Below, piece after piece: positions 1-13,745 of a stretch of DNA of 64,000 bases. Location: contig RDEW01000029.1 in assembly GCA_011109175.1 (NCBI GenBank), positions 774,052 to 838,051 on the forward strand. Reading direction: 5' to 3'. This DNA is from Dicyema japonicum. Lineage: Eukaryota > Animalia > Dicyemida. Both the position numbers and the translations under genes were made by a program. The notes beneath the pieces are model-generated. The model was not told the origin of the DNA. It searched no databases and saw only the letters and a program-made list of their open reading frames with translations. Each line of letters opens with the position of its first letter. The first letter of the stretch is position 1.

Positions 1-965
1 GGGATGCCAAGATCATGACAAAGCATGCGCAACACGAAAAATTAACAATCTAATTAACATCGCCCATCTTTTTAGATCCGTTGCCATGTTCGGTAGCATA
101 TCTAGATCATCCCCATCTTTAAAGCACTTTCCAATCCTCCTGAGATCTTGATCTAGGATTACAGGCAGTGTTAACACGAACGATAAAATTCTCGTCCATT
201 GCTATGTTGGCAAGGATCCCCATATCGTGCGGAGTATGTGTCCAAACAGCCTCCATCTTGAATCAGTAATATCACATGATATTGGTTTAGTTCCTGTTCT
301 CTAGTATAAGATTTCGAACGATGAAGAATTTAACTTTTCGAGTTCCTGCCTTGTACATGCCCATGTACAAGGCACAATATAATAGGATTGGCCTCACAAG
401 GGCATTGTATAGTCTCATTCGAGTTTTAATGTCAAGCCCTTTGTGCAGAAGTCAGGTCTTCTTTATTTTGTTAAAAGCGACATTAGTTAGTGTCTTCCTT
501 CGTTTTATATCTTCGGTGTCACCGAGAAGGGATTTTTTTTGATCTACGCCAGTGCTCCTTGGTCCTTTCCTCACTTCTTTTTAGCTGCGTGATTTCGGTT
601 TTGTTTGTGTTTACTTTTAATGACCATTCAGCCGTTTTATCAGGCATTTTCTCCAAAAGTGCAATTAACTTTTCTTTGTTAGTCGAAATAAAGTCCACGT
701 CATCCGCATATTGCTATTTATGCTCATTCCTTCTTCGATATGAGACTTCAAGTCTCGTAGAGCTGCCTCCAGATAAATAATAAACAAAATCTGGTTAATG
801 GATCTCCGTGATAGGCGTACCAATTGTCGTTTTCAAATGTCCTCGATAAAGCTTTCCCAGTCCTGACCATCAAACTTGTGTCCGTAAGGAGTGTCCTGAC
901 CATCCCAATCGTTGAACCTCCAAGAAGTGCTCCAGTATTTGCAGCAGAAGTGCTCTAGTAATTCT
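1..965 (-). mobile_element. RTE-like LINE, degenerate RT and 3' end
   Basis: Minus strand reads YADDVDF near 691-710. The terminus at 1-45 (cgtgttgcgcatgctttgtca on minus) matches the LINE tail at ~10845-10865. Confidence 0.75.
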
Positions 966-1689
966 TCGTCTAATTTTCCCTGATCCGTGTTAATTATGAG
1001 TTTTTTGCTATTTTTGATACGAATTATTGTGAGTTTACGGACTATTCAAAATAGTCGCAACTTCTTGTTGGTTAGAATTATTGTTTCCTTCTTAAAGTCA
1101 GTGTATTCCTTGGTAGTTTTCTGATTTTGGCGATAGCTTCATAAGACTTCATCTGACTAAGCAACATTAATTGTTAACGAATTTCCAAGAGAATTTCAAT
1201 TGCATAATAACCATTAGTTATTTTGTAAACTATGCTTCAACAGCGAAATGCTTGAAAAAGTACTTTGTTAACTTTCACAGGTTGTCAAAGAAACATAAAA
1301 TTTCCATTGGTAAGGATTTTTTGATATAGATAGATCGTTTTACAACATTTAGCAACAAAAAAATTAAATGTTATGTTGAACGGGATAATTTTATGTTTTT
1401 TAATAATGGTAATCTTCACCAGAGTATTTTGTCAAGGAGATGATAGGAAGATCCATTTCAACTACTGTGTCGTGTCAGAAGTACTCTCCACCTCACGAAT
1501 GAGATCTGTTTGACGAAAATTGGCCATACTGAAAACTCCATCTTTTGGATTCAGTTTCCGTATATCTAATTAAATTCAGTTTCCATTTAATTAAAAACAT
1601 TACCAGAACTATCACGGCTCGGATAAATTTTAAAAATTTCAAAGGCTCAAATGGATGACCGTTTAAGAACCGCCATGAACTATCTTTTA

Positions 1690-1900
1690 AAGCAATTTCA
1701 GGCGAAACGAATTCCTCCGACTTTAAAAAGAGTATGACGAGTTTTTAACCAAGTTTAATATATAGGCTATATACACCAAGAATGCATGGATGACGATCGA
1801 TATCTTCAGCAAATGGCTGCAAAAATTAATAATGAAATGTTCTTACAGAATCCAAAAATTGTAATTCTTTATAATGCTTGATGTCACATTTTTTGAAGCA
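1690..1900 (+). mobile_element. pogo/Tigger DDE_1 transposase remnant
   Basis: Frameshifted YTKNAWMTIDIFSKWLQK ... KIVILYNA*CH, matching the NxKAWMTxxIFxxWL and LLDNAxxH motifs. Confidence 0.6.
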
Positions 1901-2709
1901 CTTTGAGTATATAATGATTTCAGACTTAACGTCTCCAAGAATTTACGGAAAATACAATACTGGGAGGAATTAGTGATTACTTTTGTACTTATAAATAAAT
2001 GTCTATTTGAGCTATTTAATTAAAAAAAATTAAAAAATAGTTATGAAAAAATGGATAAATTATTTTACTCTGTATTTGCCGCGTTTTCTATTGGGTCGGG
2101 GTTGAACTGTATGTTGTTTTTCCATTTTTTGCAATAGAAAAAAACTTATTAACAGATAATTATATCCCAGAAACTTCTTAATAGGGGTGAGCAACGGTCA
2201 ATGCCAAAAGAGGCAAAGAATTCAGCTTGCATATTAGTGTTAATTAATTACAATTGATTTTCTTGCATTAATTGAAGTTTTAATGACTTTCTCAATAATA
2301 TCATGTATTTGTGCATTCACGTATATATATCAATTTCGTAGATCAAACCAATTTTTTACAACTCTATAATAAATGAATGTAAAACTCAAAAATAGTTTCG
2401 GTCAAGTTACCTGTGGCATAAATTTTCTACACTTTTACATAAAAGGAAGTCGATATCCAATACCTCAAACAAATTTTCTGAACTTAGTGTTCAACTTACG
2501 CAAAAAAATAATATTCGATTAAGCATTAGTGACCTCATTGATCTTAGAGTCGGTAGATGGAATTCACCAGGATATTTTCTAATAACAGTCTTAACTTTTT
2601 CAATGACCTTCTTGATTGAAGGAGGCACATGTTAATATTTCATTAAAAAATTCGATAAAATAAAAAATAAAAATCAATAAAAAATTTGACTTTATTGACT
2701 ATAAACGAG

Positions 2710-2930
2710 TTCCTGCAGATATGATCTGACATAGTTCTCGGTTTATTCACATAGGTGTGTGAGATGACATGAGGAAGACCCCAACCATATCTCCTCCATT
2801 GTGAGAGAATTGAATTGGGTTTTCTGATGTCAGAACCTCAATCCCAGTATGTTTTATAGCACCTGAGCTCACGTTCTTCGTGTTAAAATCTCCCATCAGG
2901 ATCAACATCGAGCTTCTCTAGAAGAACTAC
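2710..2930 (-). mobile_element. LINE APE-endonuclease remnant
   Basis: Minus strand LILMGDFN, with a downstream SDH in a shifted frame. Confidence 0.45.
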
Positions 2931-3959
2931 TGACATAAATGTGCTTAAGGATTCATACTTCACCTTCAGCAAAACATCGACTTAATTTTTGAGTAGAATA
3001 GATTGACAGCCTCGGTCGCCGTAACATAAAAAGTTTGACATGAAATAAACAAACTGATAACCAAAGCAGGGCAACGAAAACAGTTTAATGTTATTCAATA
3101 AATAAAGTTTTTTTAGAAAATGTTAATTTCTTTCAAACAATTCCTAATTATTAGCATAGTAAGGAAATATCTCGAAAGCCGATAAAGAAATTAGCCCCAC
3201 AAAGGAAAAATATGATCTCTTCATTAATAATTCACCTTAATAGCAATTTTCCTTTATTTAGAGAATAAAGTTAATTTATTATGTCTAAATAGCTAGTTGT
3301 TAATTTGGTAGCAGTATTAAGCGTGGTGGTGGTATCCACCAGATTTCGTGGCGGATGAAATCCCTTATCTTCCTTCAGTGAGCACTGAGAAGGCAACAAA
3401 CCCCAGTGACATCAGAAACCTTAAATTCGTCCAATCCGTCTAAAATAGAAAGAACTTTAATATTTAACATGATGTATTTACTAAAGCAAGGTATAACACA
3501 ACTAGGAAGGTCTAATTTTTTTATCGTAATTCCACAAAGTAATTATTATTTGAATATAAGCCCTGACACTAAAAATACGCATAGATGATTCTTGGATGGT
3601 TCCTTATTCTAGTAGTTATAAAAAATTAAAAAATTACAAATTTTAGTAAATTGAATAATTTTCGAAAATTACTTAAAACAAAAAATTGGCTTGGCTATAC
3701 GTCATGATATCCGAACAATAATAAATCACGAATATAACAGTATGGAACTCAAGAAACTCATAATAGAGAACTTGAAGGGTGAGTTAAGGAGGTATTAGAT
3801 TCGGAAATTGTGAATCTTGAATCTTCTAACAATCAACATAGTTATATAAAATTGAGTAATTTAGTTGAACAAATATCAACAAAGTTCAAGTTAAAAAACT
3901 CTTAAAGGAGGCTAGTTTACCGAGCTCCCTCTATTCCATACATTATCGAAATATCTACA

Positions 3960-4125
3960 ATCATACAGAAATTTTGAGCCGATGCCATGTCCAATGAGAA
4001 GAGCTGTTCAGGATTTTCGACCCCGCCGGACTCGTCCTCACCTTTGTCGGTCTGGGATCACTTAGTTAGATGAGAACTTTTATTTCTTTCTCTTTGACTC
4101 AGTGATCCTGGGGGTAATAATAATA
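3960..4125 (+). mobile_element. 3' end of jockey/I-like LINE
   Basis: gggatcactta.ttaga.ga.aacttt...ctcttt...ggggt followed by (taa)n; matches the 3' end of the LINE at 12750-12820. Confidence 0.55.
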
Positions 4126-4344
4126 TTTAAAGTCCAATCAACGAAATATTCAAGACTCATTGTCCTGTTGACAATTCACAGGGATATTACTGCTTATACA
4201 AAAACCCGGTAAAAGCGCAGACCCACTTATGAACATGAGGTACAAAGTTCTATTAACGTGTCTGTGAAAAACTTTTTCTATTATAACTCTGAGTCGGATA
4301 TCATGTTCTGTTGTTCGATATTTATCAACAATTTAAAGTGGATT

Positions 4345-4990
4345 TAGTCAGGATGGCCTACCGTGGATCTCTGAAGCCATCGTGGGTCAAAAGCACCAAA
4401 CTGATGTGCATTCTGGGAGTTGACTTTTCGAAGGCTTTCGACTCTATCTGCAGAAGTAAACTACTGCTTGTACGCAAGGACATTATTGATAACGACTGCC
4501 TAAGGATTATATGATTTGAAAAGTGGAGATTCATTAAAAAGCTCGGCTCGTAAACTGATTTTACTGTACAACTCAGGAACGTGGGGAACGTCGAAGGCAG
4601 GTTGTAGCAGACTTTACAGATACCACAGAAATCAGCTGAGAAGAATTGTAGGCATCAAATGGTCTAAGCAATTAAACATCAGGACTCTTTACGAGTTATG
4701 CAAATGCAGGCAGATAGCGAAGGAGTCATCAAATCTCGCTGGCGAATTTGGACATATTCTCGGTGACACCAAATACTCTCATTGTGGGAAATTTCTTCAA
4801 TCAAAATGTAAATTGAGGCTTTCGTGGACGACATTAACTAAGCTTTCTCTGTCTGGATCAAGATTATGCCCAAATTGGTTGAAATAAGAACATCGGAGAC
4901 CTCCATGAACTACTGAAGTGTGTGAAGAGGAAGTTTGCATGAGAAAACTGGTAGAACGGATGGCAAGAGAGCGGCAATAGTGGAACCCTA
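4345..4990 (+). mobile_element. RTE-like LINE, internally deleted RT fragment
   Basis: ILGVDFSKAFDSI, LLYNSGTW and FGHIL motifs. Confidence 0.7.
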
Positions 4991-5656
4991 AGTATTAAAT
5001 TCAAATAAATGCTGTTTTTATCAAACAAAACTGAACACATAATTATTTTTTAGTAAAATGGTTCCATTCTCCCTTCAAAGGGGATTTTGAGTAGGAAGTC
5101 TAGGTCCTCTGTTTCGTCTAGCTTTATTTTTGAATTTCTTAAATCTTCTTGGATTGTAACGAGTGGTATCTATCTCGGTCTTTTTCGAGTGCACTCGAAC
5201 TATGTTTTTATTACATGTTGGCATGATTCCAATGTTTGTTTCCATCTCATTCAGCAATTTTTTAATTTAGGAAACCCTCTATTGAGTGATAAATTGGTAT
5301 TGAAATATTAAGCTATAAGGACCCACTATCCCCTGAGGATCCTCCCAAATCTTTGTTTAGCAGAAAATGATCCTTTTTTGGGCCAGCCTTCACTGGGCGC
5401 CATCTTAGACAAGTGGATCACACGACGACACTCTATTAAGAAAGGGAAGAAAAGGAACAGACAAAACAAACATAAATCTTCAACCAATCAGCCACATACA
5501 CCATGTGGCGTCACGCGACCTTCAAAAATTTTCGTAGTAGGGCCATTAAAAATTTGTTTATAATCTGGCGAAAACAAATATAAAAATAACCGCAAAACTC
5601 TTAGTTTTTTTTAAATATTTAAATATATTATAAGTAAATTAAAATAAATTGGCGAC

Positions 5657-6742
5657 ATGTATAACAACTGTGCTGGTTATGAACTGAAGCTCAATAATCT
5701 ATACGAGAGATGTCTCATGTATGATTTTCTTGCTTCTACGTTCAAGCAAGATTCAAATCAAGTGGAAAAAGCCATAAAGTAGTGTATTAATTTTTATCCA
5801 TACTAGTGACTTTAATTTCGTCAGTTCTACTCCATTGATTGCTAAAGTAAGACCTCCTATATGCAACAAAACTCCCAAAAAATCGAACAACTAGTATTTT
5901 GTGTATATAAAATTAGTCCGAAAATGCCTTCAAGTAATGAATTCGCGGATTTTCTAGAATCTTTGAGCTCCACTTCCCGAGTTTTTAAGAGGTAAATCAT
6001 ATGCTTATTAATAGTTCGTCTAAGGCGGACAAGGAAGAAGCGGGAAAATTGGTCGAAATACTATTCAAAATTTTCAACGAAACCATTTTCGACAACAAAT
6101 TGCCCTCAAATATGAGAGTTGAGTTTAATCCAAGACTGGTAAAAACTGGGGGAAGAACTTATTCCACATTCGGTGCTGACTTAAGCCACGAAAGCCGGAT
6201 AGAATTATCTCCAAAAGTCTGTGATAGACCAGGTTAGTCCAGTATTTTACTGTAGAGAGAATTCGAGAACTTTGATCCACGAAATGTGTCATTCAGCTGT
6301 TTGGATTATAAATAAGACACGTGGTGGCTATGGTTCTCTTCGGAAATGCTGGTAATGTTCGTTTTCAATTTTAGGGCTTGGAAGGTCCGGAAGACCATTC
6401 CAAGTTTTCCAGTGATTGGGAGATGCCACTCATACTCAGTTAAGCACAATTTTCTATACAAGTGTGAATCTTGTCAATTCATGTTGTTTCCTCATTTATT
6501 GCAGAATCGCCAGGCACTCCCGGTTGAAAGAAACTCAGTGTGAATGTGGCGGACTTTTGATGAGAGTTAATAATAAGGGAGAGTTAGTGGTTTCTCGTCC
6601 AGCGACTCCATTTGCAAAATTTGTGGGTGGAAATTTTGGCAAGGTTAAGAGGGAGAATCCTAATTTAACTCATGGAGAAATTATGAACAGTCTGAGTAAG
6701 GCATTCTCTGAAAGTTTTAATTTTTCAAAACAACAAAAATGA
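5657..6742 (+). CDS. GCNA: GCNA/ACRC-like SprT metalloprotease with zinc ribbon and HMG box; multi-exon, possibly disabled
   Basis: After removing tiny GT-AG introns: FLESLSST, FNETIFDNKLP, RLVKTGG, IELSPKVCD, TLIHEMCH (6278-6292), CHSY, YKCESC, CECGGLL, and an HMG-like TPFAKFV...HGEIMNSLSKAF. The N-terminal exons are uncertain. Confidence 0.8.
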
Positions 6743-8099
6743 GAACTAGATTTTTGTAACTATTTTGTATTAAATTCTTTGTGATTATCGTGCTATTCGT
6801 AACTGCGAGAAAATCTACCCAAATATTATTAATTTGTTAAGTGATTGTAATTTGTAGCCATTTATTCAATTCACTGGAAATCATTGCCTTTTCTCTGTTG
6901 AGTTTATTGCCAAACCTTTTATCTCCTCTATTCGCATCCATATCAAGGAAGACGAAGAGAAAATTTAAGCTTGATTATTCTGCAGCTGAAAATTAGCCTG
7001 GAAACGTTAAACTACAAGATGCTAGTAGTTGGTAAGAGTGTGTTGGCAACTATGAAAATGGAGTGTTCTCTCAGCATCTTGATCTAGTCAACCAGCTGGG
7101 ATATGAGGAAACAAGGTTGGTTAGCAATTAATAGTGATTACAGGTTAAGTGAAGGACTACAATATGAATCAGACTACTATTTCAGCCTGAAAGTTGTAAA
7201 GCAACTTACTCGGTGTGTTGGGAAGTTTTTCAGAGGCGATTCGGTCCTCATGGTATTTACATTTGCAGTACTAAAGTGAGAACATAACATACTGAGTGAT
7301 TGTAGAGAATCAGGGCATTCAATTGGAGATTAAACGCTATTTTCTTGTTATTTAGTCAATGCTATGTCATTGGACCATCTTTAGAAGAAAGGTAGATGTT
7401 ATGTACCATGTGGAAATTGCGTGAGACGGCGATTTCAGTGGCGAAGACACTTAAGTCCGCAATTTACGGATTTCTTAGCGGCCACCATCCATGGTCTTTT
7501 TTCTTAGCTTTATTATCCGTTTAATGGCTTTAGTTTTCAGCTGGTGAAATTGTTTTTACGATTATGTCACGTAATCTCAATTTTTGACATAGCCTCCACA
7601 CTCTGCTGCCAGATTATCCCGATTCCGTTAACGTATCACGGAAGTTAACATGTGAATCATGGAGTCATTTGGTCACTTCTAATCTGTTGCCAAGTAAAGT
7701 GAATGACAGGCATTGAATGGTGAACGGCCACAAAGTCAAATTGCTTGAATGACCTTTTTATTAAAGCGGGAGAACCTCTCAATACTGTCCTCACAGCAGT
7801 GCTGCCTATTCAGACTGTCAATGTGATCACAAACTTTACAAAGCGAAGCAAAGAAAAGCCATCGTTTGAGATGACAGTTTCTCGATCGGAGCGTGGTCAC
7901 TGATTATAAAAGACACAGTTATGTCAATTCGACATCAACTAAGAACTTTAACTAGACCACCCCCACATCTCCACGTTGTTCCAGAGTCCGCCAGCAACAA
8001 CTTCATACCTGAAATAAAAAGAAAATTTACCAAAATAGTCAAACACAAGTTATCGAATAATTTCTACGAATTTTACTTTGCTTAATTCTTTTTTTGGTT

Positions 8100-10898
8100 T
8101 AGCTGGTGACGTGGCTCTTGAACTCAATGTCTGGAAAACACAATATCAAGTTATTGGACTTTAACCAAAATACAAGATTTCAATCGCCTGCCTTCAGGAG
8201 ACCAAACTAGTCAAAGGGATCGAAGAGCAACATGGAAACTTTCGACTAATCTTCCTTCCAGGTGGAAACAAGCACTATGGGCTAGGATTTGCCGTCAGGA
8301 ATGATCTATCCAAGAGAGTCTGCCGCTAATACAGTGTGAATGATAGAATCGGGGTGTTGCAATTGAAACTGGATGACCTCAACCCGTCGAAGAAATACCT
8401 AATTATAATAAACGTTTACGGCCCTCACAGTAAAACCCTGAAGAGATTGATGACTTGTACACCAGTCTTTCTGCGTCTTCTCCAAGTATGCTCTCTCAAC
8501 ATTAGTAATGATCGCAGGAGACCTAAATGCGAAAGCTGGCACCCAGGTTACGACCGATGATACATCATGGGAAGGCATGGTAGGGGAAAAGAAATTTTCC
8601 GGGAATCCTACTAACTAACTTCTGTTAAACGAACAACCTATTTTTATGCAATACAGCCTTCATGCATTTAGCCAGACATAAATCTACGTGGTCGGGACAC
8701 AGAACAAATCCCGAAGGGCGAGTGATAAATATGTACAACCAGATTGACTATATCATATGCAGGTAAAAAGATCGAAGGATTACACTTGATGCACGAGCTT
8801 ATGGTGGATCGATTATCGACAGCGACCACAAAATGGTTATTGCTAGACTTTCTCTAAAGAGATTTATGGTACTACAAAGAACGAAATGGAAGCACATTGA
8901 AACCACAGAATCCAACTCTAGGCGTTATAACTTGGAATCCTTAATCAGTCAATCAGAAGGGGCCCTAGCATTCAAAGAATATCTGGATGCAGAACTAGAA
9001 AACATGCCTACAGATTTGAAAATCTTGGGATTTTGTAAAGCAGTCAATACACAAAGGAGCCAATCTGCATCTATTAAAAGAAAATGAGAAAATCCCATTG
9101 CATGTACACGGTGAAGGACCTTGCAATAAACAGAAGACCTTGCCAATAGCAGATTAAAACTATCAAAGCAGAAATAAAAAAATCTATCGCCAGCATAGCA
9201 GAATAGAGCACTGGACCAGATTAAGAAGATAGAATCTCATAAGGACAACGCTAAATTCTACGAGGCTGTTAAACAGATAAAAGGAAAGAGACCCCATCAA
9301 CCGATAATGATAAGAGATGACAAAGGAACGCAGATTGCGGACCAAAGGGAAGTGGCGGAAATTATCGCTGCCTACTTTGGAAAACTTTTCAATCCAAGAA
9401 CGAGGAAAATTGGACGAAGAAATCACACCATTTGAAGTTGAACTTGCGAATTCCAAGTTGAAAAACAACAGGACTCCTGGCCCCGACGGACTCGGTGGTG
9501 AATTCTTCAAATATGGAACCCAAAAGCTGTATGAATGCATCGCTAGGATCCTGAATGAAATGTACTATTATGGTCACACGCTGACCCTAGGAGAGGGTAT
9601 CTTGATACCTGTACAGAAGGCGAATAAACCAAGAGCTAAGGTGGAGAACCTCCGTCCAGTTATATTAATGAATTCACTTCGGAAAATTCTGGCGAACAAA
9701 ACATTACAAAGGATAGAAAGACGCCTAGATACATTTCTGTCGCTATATCACAACGGATTCCGAAAAAGAAGATCTACTTCCGATGTTATGTTGTCCCACA
9801 AGTGGAGATTTGCGGTCGTTCAGAAGTTCAAAATGTCTAAATCCATCCTCTTAATCAACATTTCGAAAACCTTCGACTCTGTCGACTGACGGAGGCTAAT
9901 ACTCGTTCTGGGGAGTTTCCTAGACGCTTCACTGTCAGAATGGCCACCACCCTCCTAGCTGATACTTGACTCACTGTAAGAGTCGGGGGAGCCTTATCTC
10001 GCCGATTTGAGACGACAGGGAACCCATTATCACATATCCTTTTTGTCATATATCTTGAAACTGCTTTACGGGAATCAAAACCGATAATGGGTGAAAAGAC
10101 AAACATTATTGCGTATCATGACGACGTAGACTTTATTTCAAACGACAAAATACCGCTCACCCGCTTGATGGAAGAAGTGTCTGGAAGACTAGCCGAATGG
10201 TTCCTAACAGTAAATCTGGACAAGACTGAAATAAATGAACTCAAGAGGGAAGAAACAAGGACGGAGGAGCACTGGCGCAAGTGCAAAAAGCTTGGCTCCC
10301 TCCGGAAAAATTACAAGAAGGAAAACCCTAGCACAAACTGCCCTCTCCAGATTAATGAACACCTGGCTCCACAAAAAACCTTGATATTATAACAAAAACT
10401 CGATTATACAACTAGTGAAACCCATACTACTGTGTAACGCTGGTACCTGGGCCTCCTCAAGAAATGAACTGAAGAGGCTTAATTCGTTTCATAGAGACCA
10501 ACTACGGCATATGATGTTCGAAAAAGTGATACGAAGATGTTATCTAATCTTCTTTATTAGAAGACGAAGACCTCAGAAATTTCTAATGAGATTCTGGATA
10601 CACGATGGAGGCTTTTCGGCCATATTCTGCGACTGGACCTAGATGCCCCGCGAACGTAGCCATGGAGGATTATTTCATGTTGGTGGCCCGTTTTCGTGGC
10701 CCCAAGGACGACACTGCCAGTCGTCCTCGACGAGGACCTCAAAGAAATGGGACGGCATCTTGAAGTGGAGAGGATCTTGATTAGCTACGCACTGCGGCTT
10801 TGAATTGGAGGAAGTGGATGAAATTAACCAGTGATTTGCTAACTCGTGTTGCACATGCTTTGTCAAGTCCCAAGTGATAAGTGCTAATAATAATAATT
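8100..10898 (+). mobile_element. RTE-like LINE, near-complete APE+RT ORF with stops and frameshifts
   Basis: APE motifs (CLQET, INVYGP, YNQIDYI, SDH); RT motifs (PGPDGL, LRPVILMNS, GFRKRRST, SKTFDSVD, YHDDVDF); 3' stem-loop and (taa)n tail. Confidence 0.85.
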
Positions 10899-11149
10899 CT
10901 ACGCAAATTATATTCCTAAATTCAATCATCACAATCTGACATGAGTTCTTATCACAAAATCTAACTAAAAATCAAGCTGAATACCGTTCAATAGCAGTAA
11001 CTACAGGAAACACGACAAATCCATGATTTTTATTGAAGACTCCCTATTTTTTTCCTAATAGAGAACTTTTCCTAGATAGATGCGGCCGTTGGATTTATTA
11101 ATAAAATGATTTTGTTTGCCCGAAAAAAGTTTATTCCAATGGGGCGATT

Positions 11150-12820
11150 CAAGACTTTTTCAGATAAATTCGATAAAGACCGAGGGTACTTATTGCAAGA
11201 AGAAATAAACTAAAGAAAACTATAGATAAAACAGCATCCTTGAATACTGAAATTACACATCTGAATAAGGAAATTACCAAAAGGATCAGAAATAAAAACA
11301 AAAAAATTGGGAGGCTGCTTTGCATATATGTAAACAGACATGCGAAGACATCATCCTTAAGGAGAACACTACGGAAACTCAAAAAGATTCCCAAATAACA
11401 TACACCAGGTAATAATCCTGACACAATTATGAAATTTTATGTCAGTTTAAGCCACAAACATAATTGAAACTGGATCATCAACCGAAACACAAAAAAATCC
11501 ATTCATCGAATATTTCAAACCACTGGATGTATTTCATGCAATTAAATACATGAAAAATACAAAATTCAAAGGGCAATATCGATTCTTTGTGGCCTTTCAA
11601 GAAGATTGGAAAATTAATCCTCACAATATTACTCATTCGCTTGATCTTGCAAGTTTCCAACATGGCTTCAGATCGGGATACTCAACTTCACACATCTAAC
11701 AAAACTAACTCAGTTCATCTCGGATGGACAGAACTACTCAAAACCACATAAAAGAACGGTACTTGTCGCTCTGGATATCGAGAAGGCGTTTGATTCAGTA
11801 CCCAGGAAGACTCTAACAACAAAAATTTTTGACACCGATATCCATCCGAAAATCCAGATGTGGCTGGCCAATTTCATTAATGGTAAAAGAGCCCTAGTTA
11901 TCATGAATAATAGAAAATCAAGATAACAATACCTCCCCAACGGGTCCCTCAAGGATCCCCTTTATCACCAACCTTGTTCAATTTATTTACAAGAGACCTT
12001 CCAAATCCAAAAATCCGAAATACCATCCCTTCTGTTTTATGCCGACGATCTCATTGTCGCCAGCAAGACACCAAGACCATAAAGAAGCTGCGCGAAAGGT
12101 TCAGGAGACGCTCGACATTATGAACCCATGGATTCTCAAAAACCACATGAAAATATTCCCTGGGAAGTCGAGCATTGCGATTATCTCCTCCTACAGGAAA
12201 CATACATCCTTCGATCCTAAATTAACTTGGAATGGAGAGCTTATCTCAGTTAATAAGAACCCATCAATCCTTGGAGTTACATATGACCCGTTGATGACGT
12301 CCACATATCATGTAAACACAATAATTACAAGAGTTCAAAAAAAGATGGGAATCCTAAAGACCATTGCTAGATTTCCAATATCTTCACTTTCTCATCTCAA
12401 ATTATTATACAAACAGTATATTTTACCGACAATGGAACATGCATGTACGGCGTACACCCTTGTCAGCATCCACGCAGAACAAATTAGAGGTCATACAAAA
12501 CCAATGTTTCCGGATCCTTCTTAAACGTGACAGAATGACCCTTACGTCGAAAATGAGGAACACATTAGATCTCAAAAGTTATGGACATCTCGGTGACGAA
12601 CAACAAAAATTCTTGAAAATGGTGCGATCTTCTGGTAGCCCTTTTGAAGATGAGTTTTTTGCCTACCAGAAGTATGCTCGCAATTTCACTTTTTGGACGA
12701 TCATAAAAGATTGCAGACAAAATCGGAAACAAAGAGGACGCACTGACACCGGGATCACTTAATTAGACGATAACTTTTTCCTCTTTCCTGCATTTCCGGG
12801 GTTATATTAATAATAATAAA
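11150..12820 (+). mobile_element. jockey/I-like LINE, RT and 3' end, degenerate
   Basis: VLVALDIEKAFDSV, GVPQGSPLSPTLFNL, YADD and NPSILGVTYD; (taa)n tail. Confidence 0.8.
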
Positions 12821-12824
12821 GAAT

Positions 12825-13075
12825 AAAAATTAACCTGGACAGGCTTAATGCCTGGATAATAGAAAACTGGCTGGTGGTGAATGCAGAGAAGTCGTCTACG
12901 TCACTATTTACCTCTGACAAAAGATTGGGAAGGAAGACAGTCACCTTGAAGTTAAACAAGGTCAGCATCCCATTCAACAGATGTCAAAGGATCTTGGGAG
13001 TGACAATTGATATGCATCTCTGTTTACAAACCTATTATTGAAATGCGAGAAAAAACTGAACGAATTGAAAAGTTT
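12825..13075 (+). mobile_element. LINE RT thumb fragment
   Basis: WIIENWLVVNAEKSSTSLFT ... RILGVTID. Confidence 0.55.
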
Positions 13076-13434
13076 ATCGGGAATATGAAAACAATGTTTT
13101 TGTTGCAAAACAAAGTCTTGATTTCTTTATTATCTTTTCAGGTAAATTTTAGTCATATTTTAGGACTTCGTGGATTTTAGTATTTTTTGTTAGTTTCAGT
13201 GAGGTAATTAAATACATTTTTATTGTTTTTACAAGTTTTCAAGGTTTGTTTATTCTCCTTCTGAATATTATGAGCATAAAGCAAACTAATCGGCATGTGT
13301 TCACACATAAATAACACAATTTACTAATATTTCTGATTTTCATTTGATATAATATGTTTGTGTACATTTTGCCTTCTATACGATTACAAGATGAGCTTCT
13401 AATATCTTGGTCCTCTTCGATTTCTGCGTTAGTA

Positions 13435-13745
13435 AGCCGGGTGGCTTAGTGGTTAGGTGTCGGGCTTAAGTGGCTTAGGCTACGGGTTCGAATCTCGCTG
13501 CTGTTCTCCTGGTGGAAGGTTCCACGCATCTACGATGCAGAAATGGTTTGACGAGTGACGTCGTCATCAGTGAATACTCACTGCGGAACTGGATTGTCTA
13601 GAAAGGACACTCACACAAGAAAAAGAAAAAAAGTGAAGATCATTCCTCGATTAGTTAAAATTAACTGTTCTTTACTTAAATAAAGTGTGTGTCCTGCCTA
13701 TGCGGAGCTATAAAATACTATGGCTCTCGTGAAAATGCTTTATAT
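13435..13745 (+). mobile_element. tRNA-derived SINE (head A) with RTE-like tail
   Basis: A box TGGCTTAGTGG (13442) and B box GGTTCGAATC (13485); core gtttgacgagtgacgtcgtcat; tail atgcggagctataa...tatggctctcgtgaaa resembles the LINE end at 25957-26000. Confidence 0.8.

Noticed and set aside
5385-5410. LTR primer-binding site (tggcgccca on minus)
   Set aside because: No paired LTRs or gag-pol were recognised; it overlaps an aagatggcg promoter-like motif.
6950-7400. Possible additional tiny-intron genes (also 2150-2645 minus and 36310-36600 plus)
   Set aside because: Exon-like composition, but stops are present and no homology is recognisable, so no product can be supported.
13435-13505. Functional tRNA genes (also 27930-27998 and 35751-35825)
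   Set aside because: A and B boxes are present, but the cloverleaf is poor and each continues into a shared SINE body and tail.
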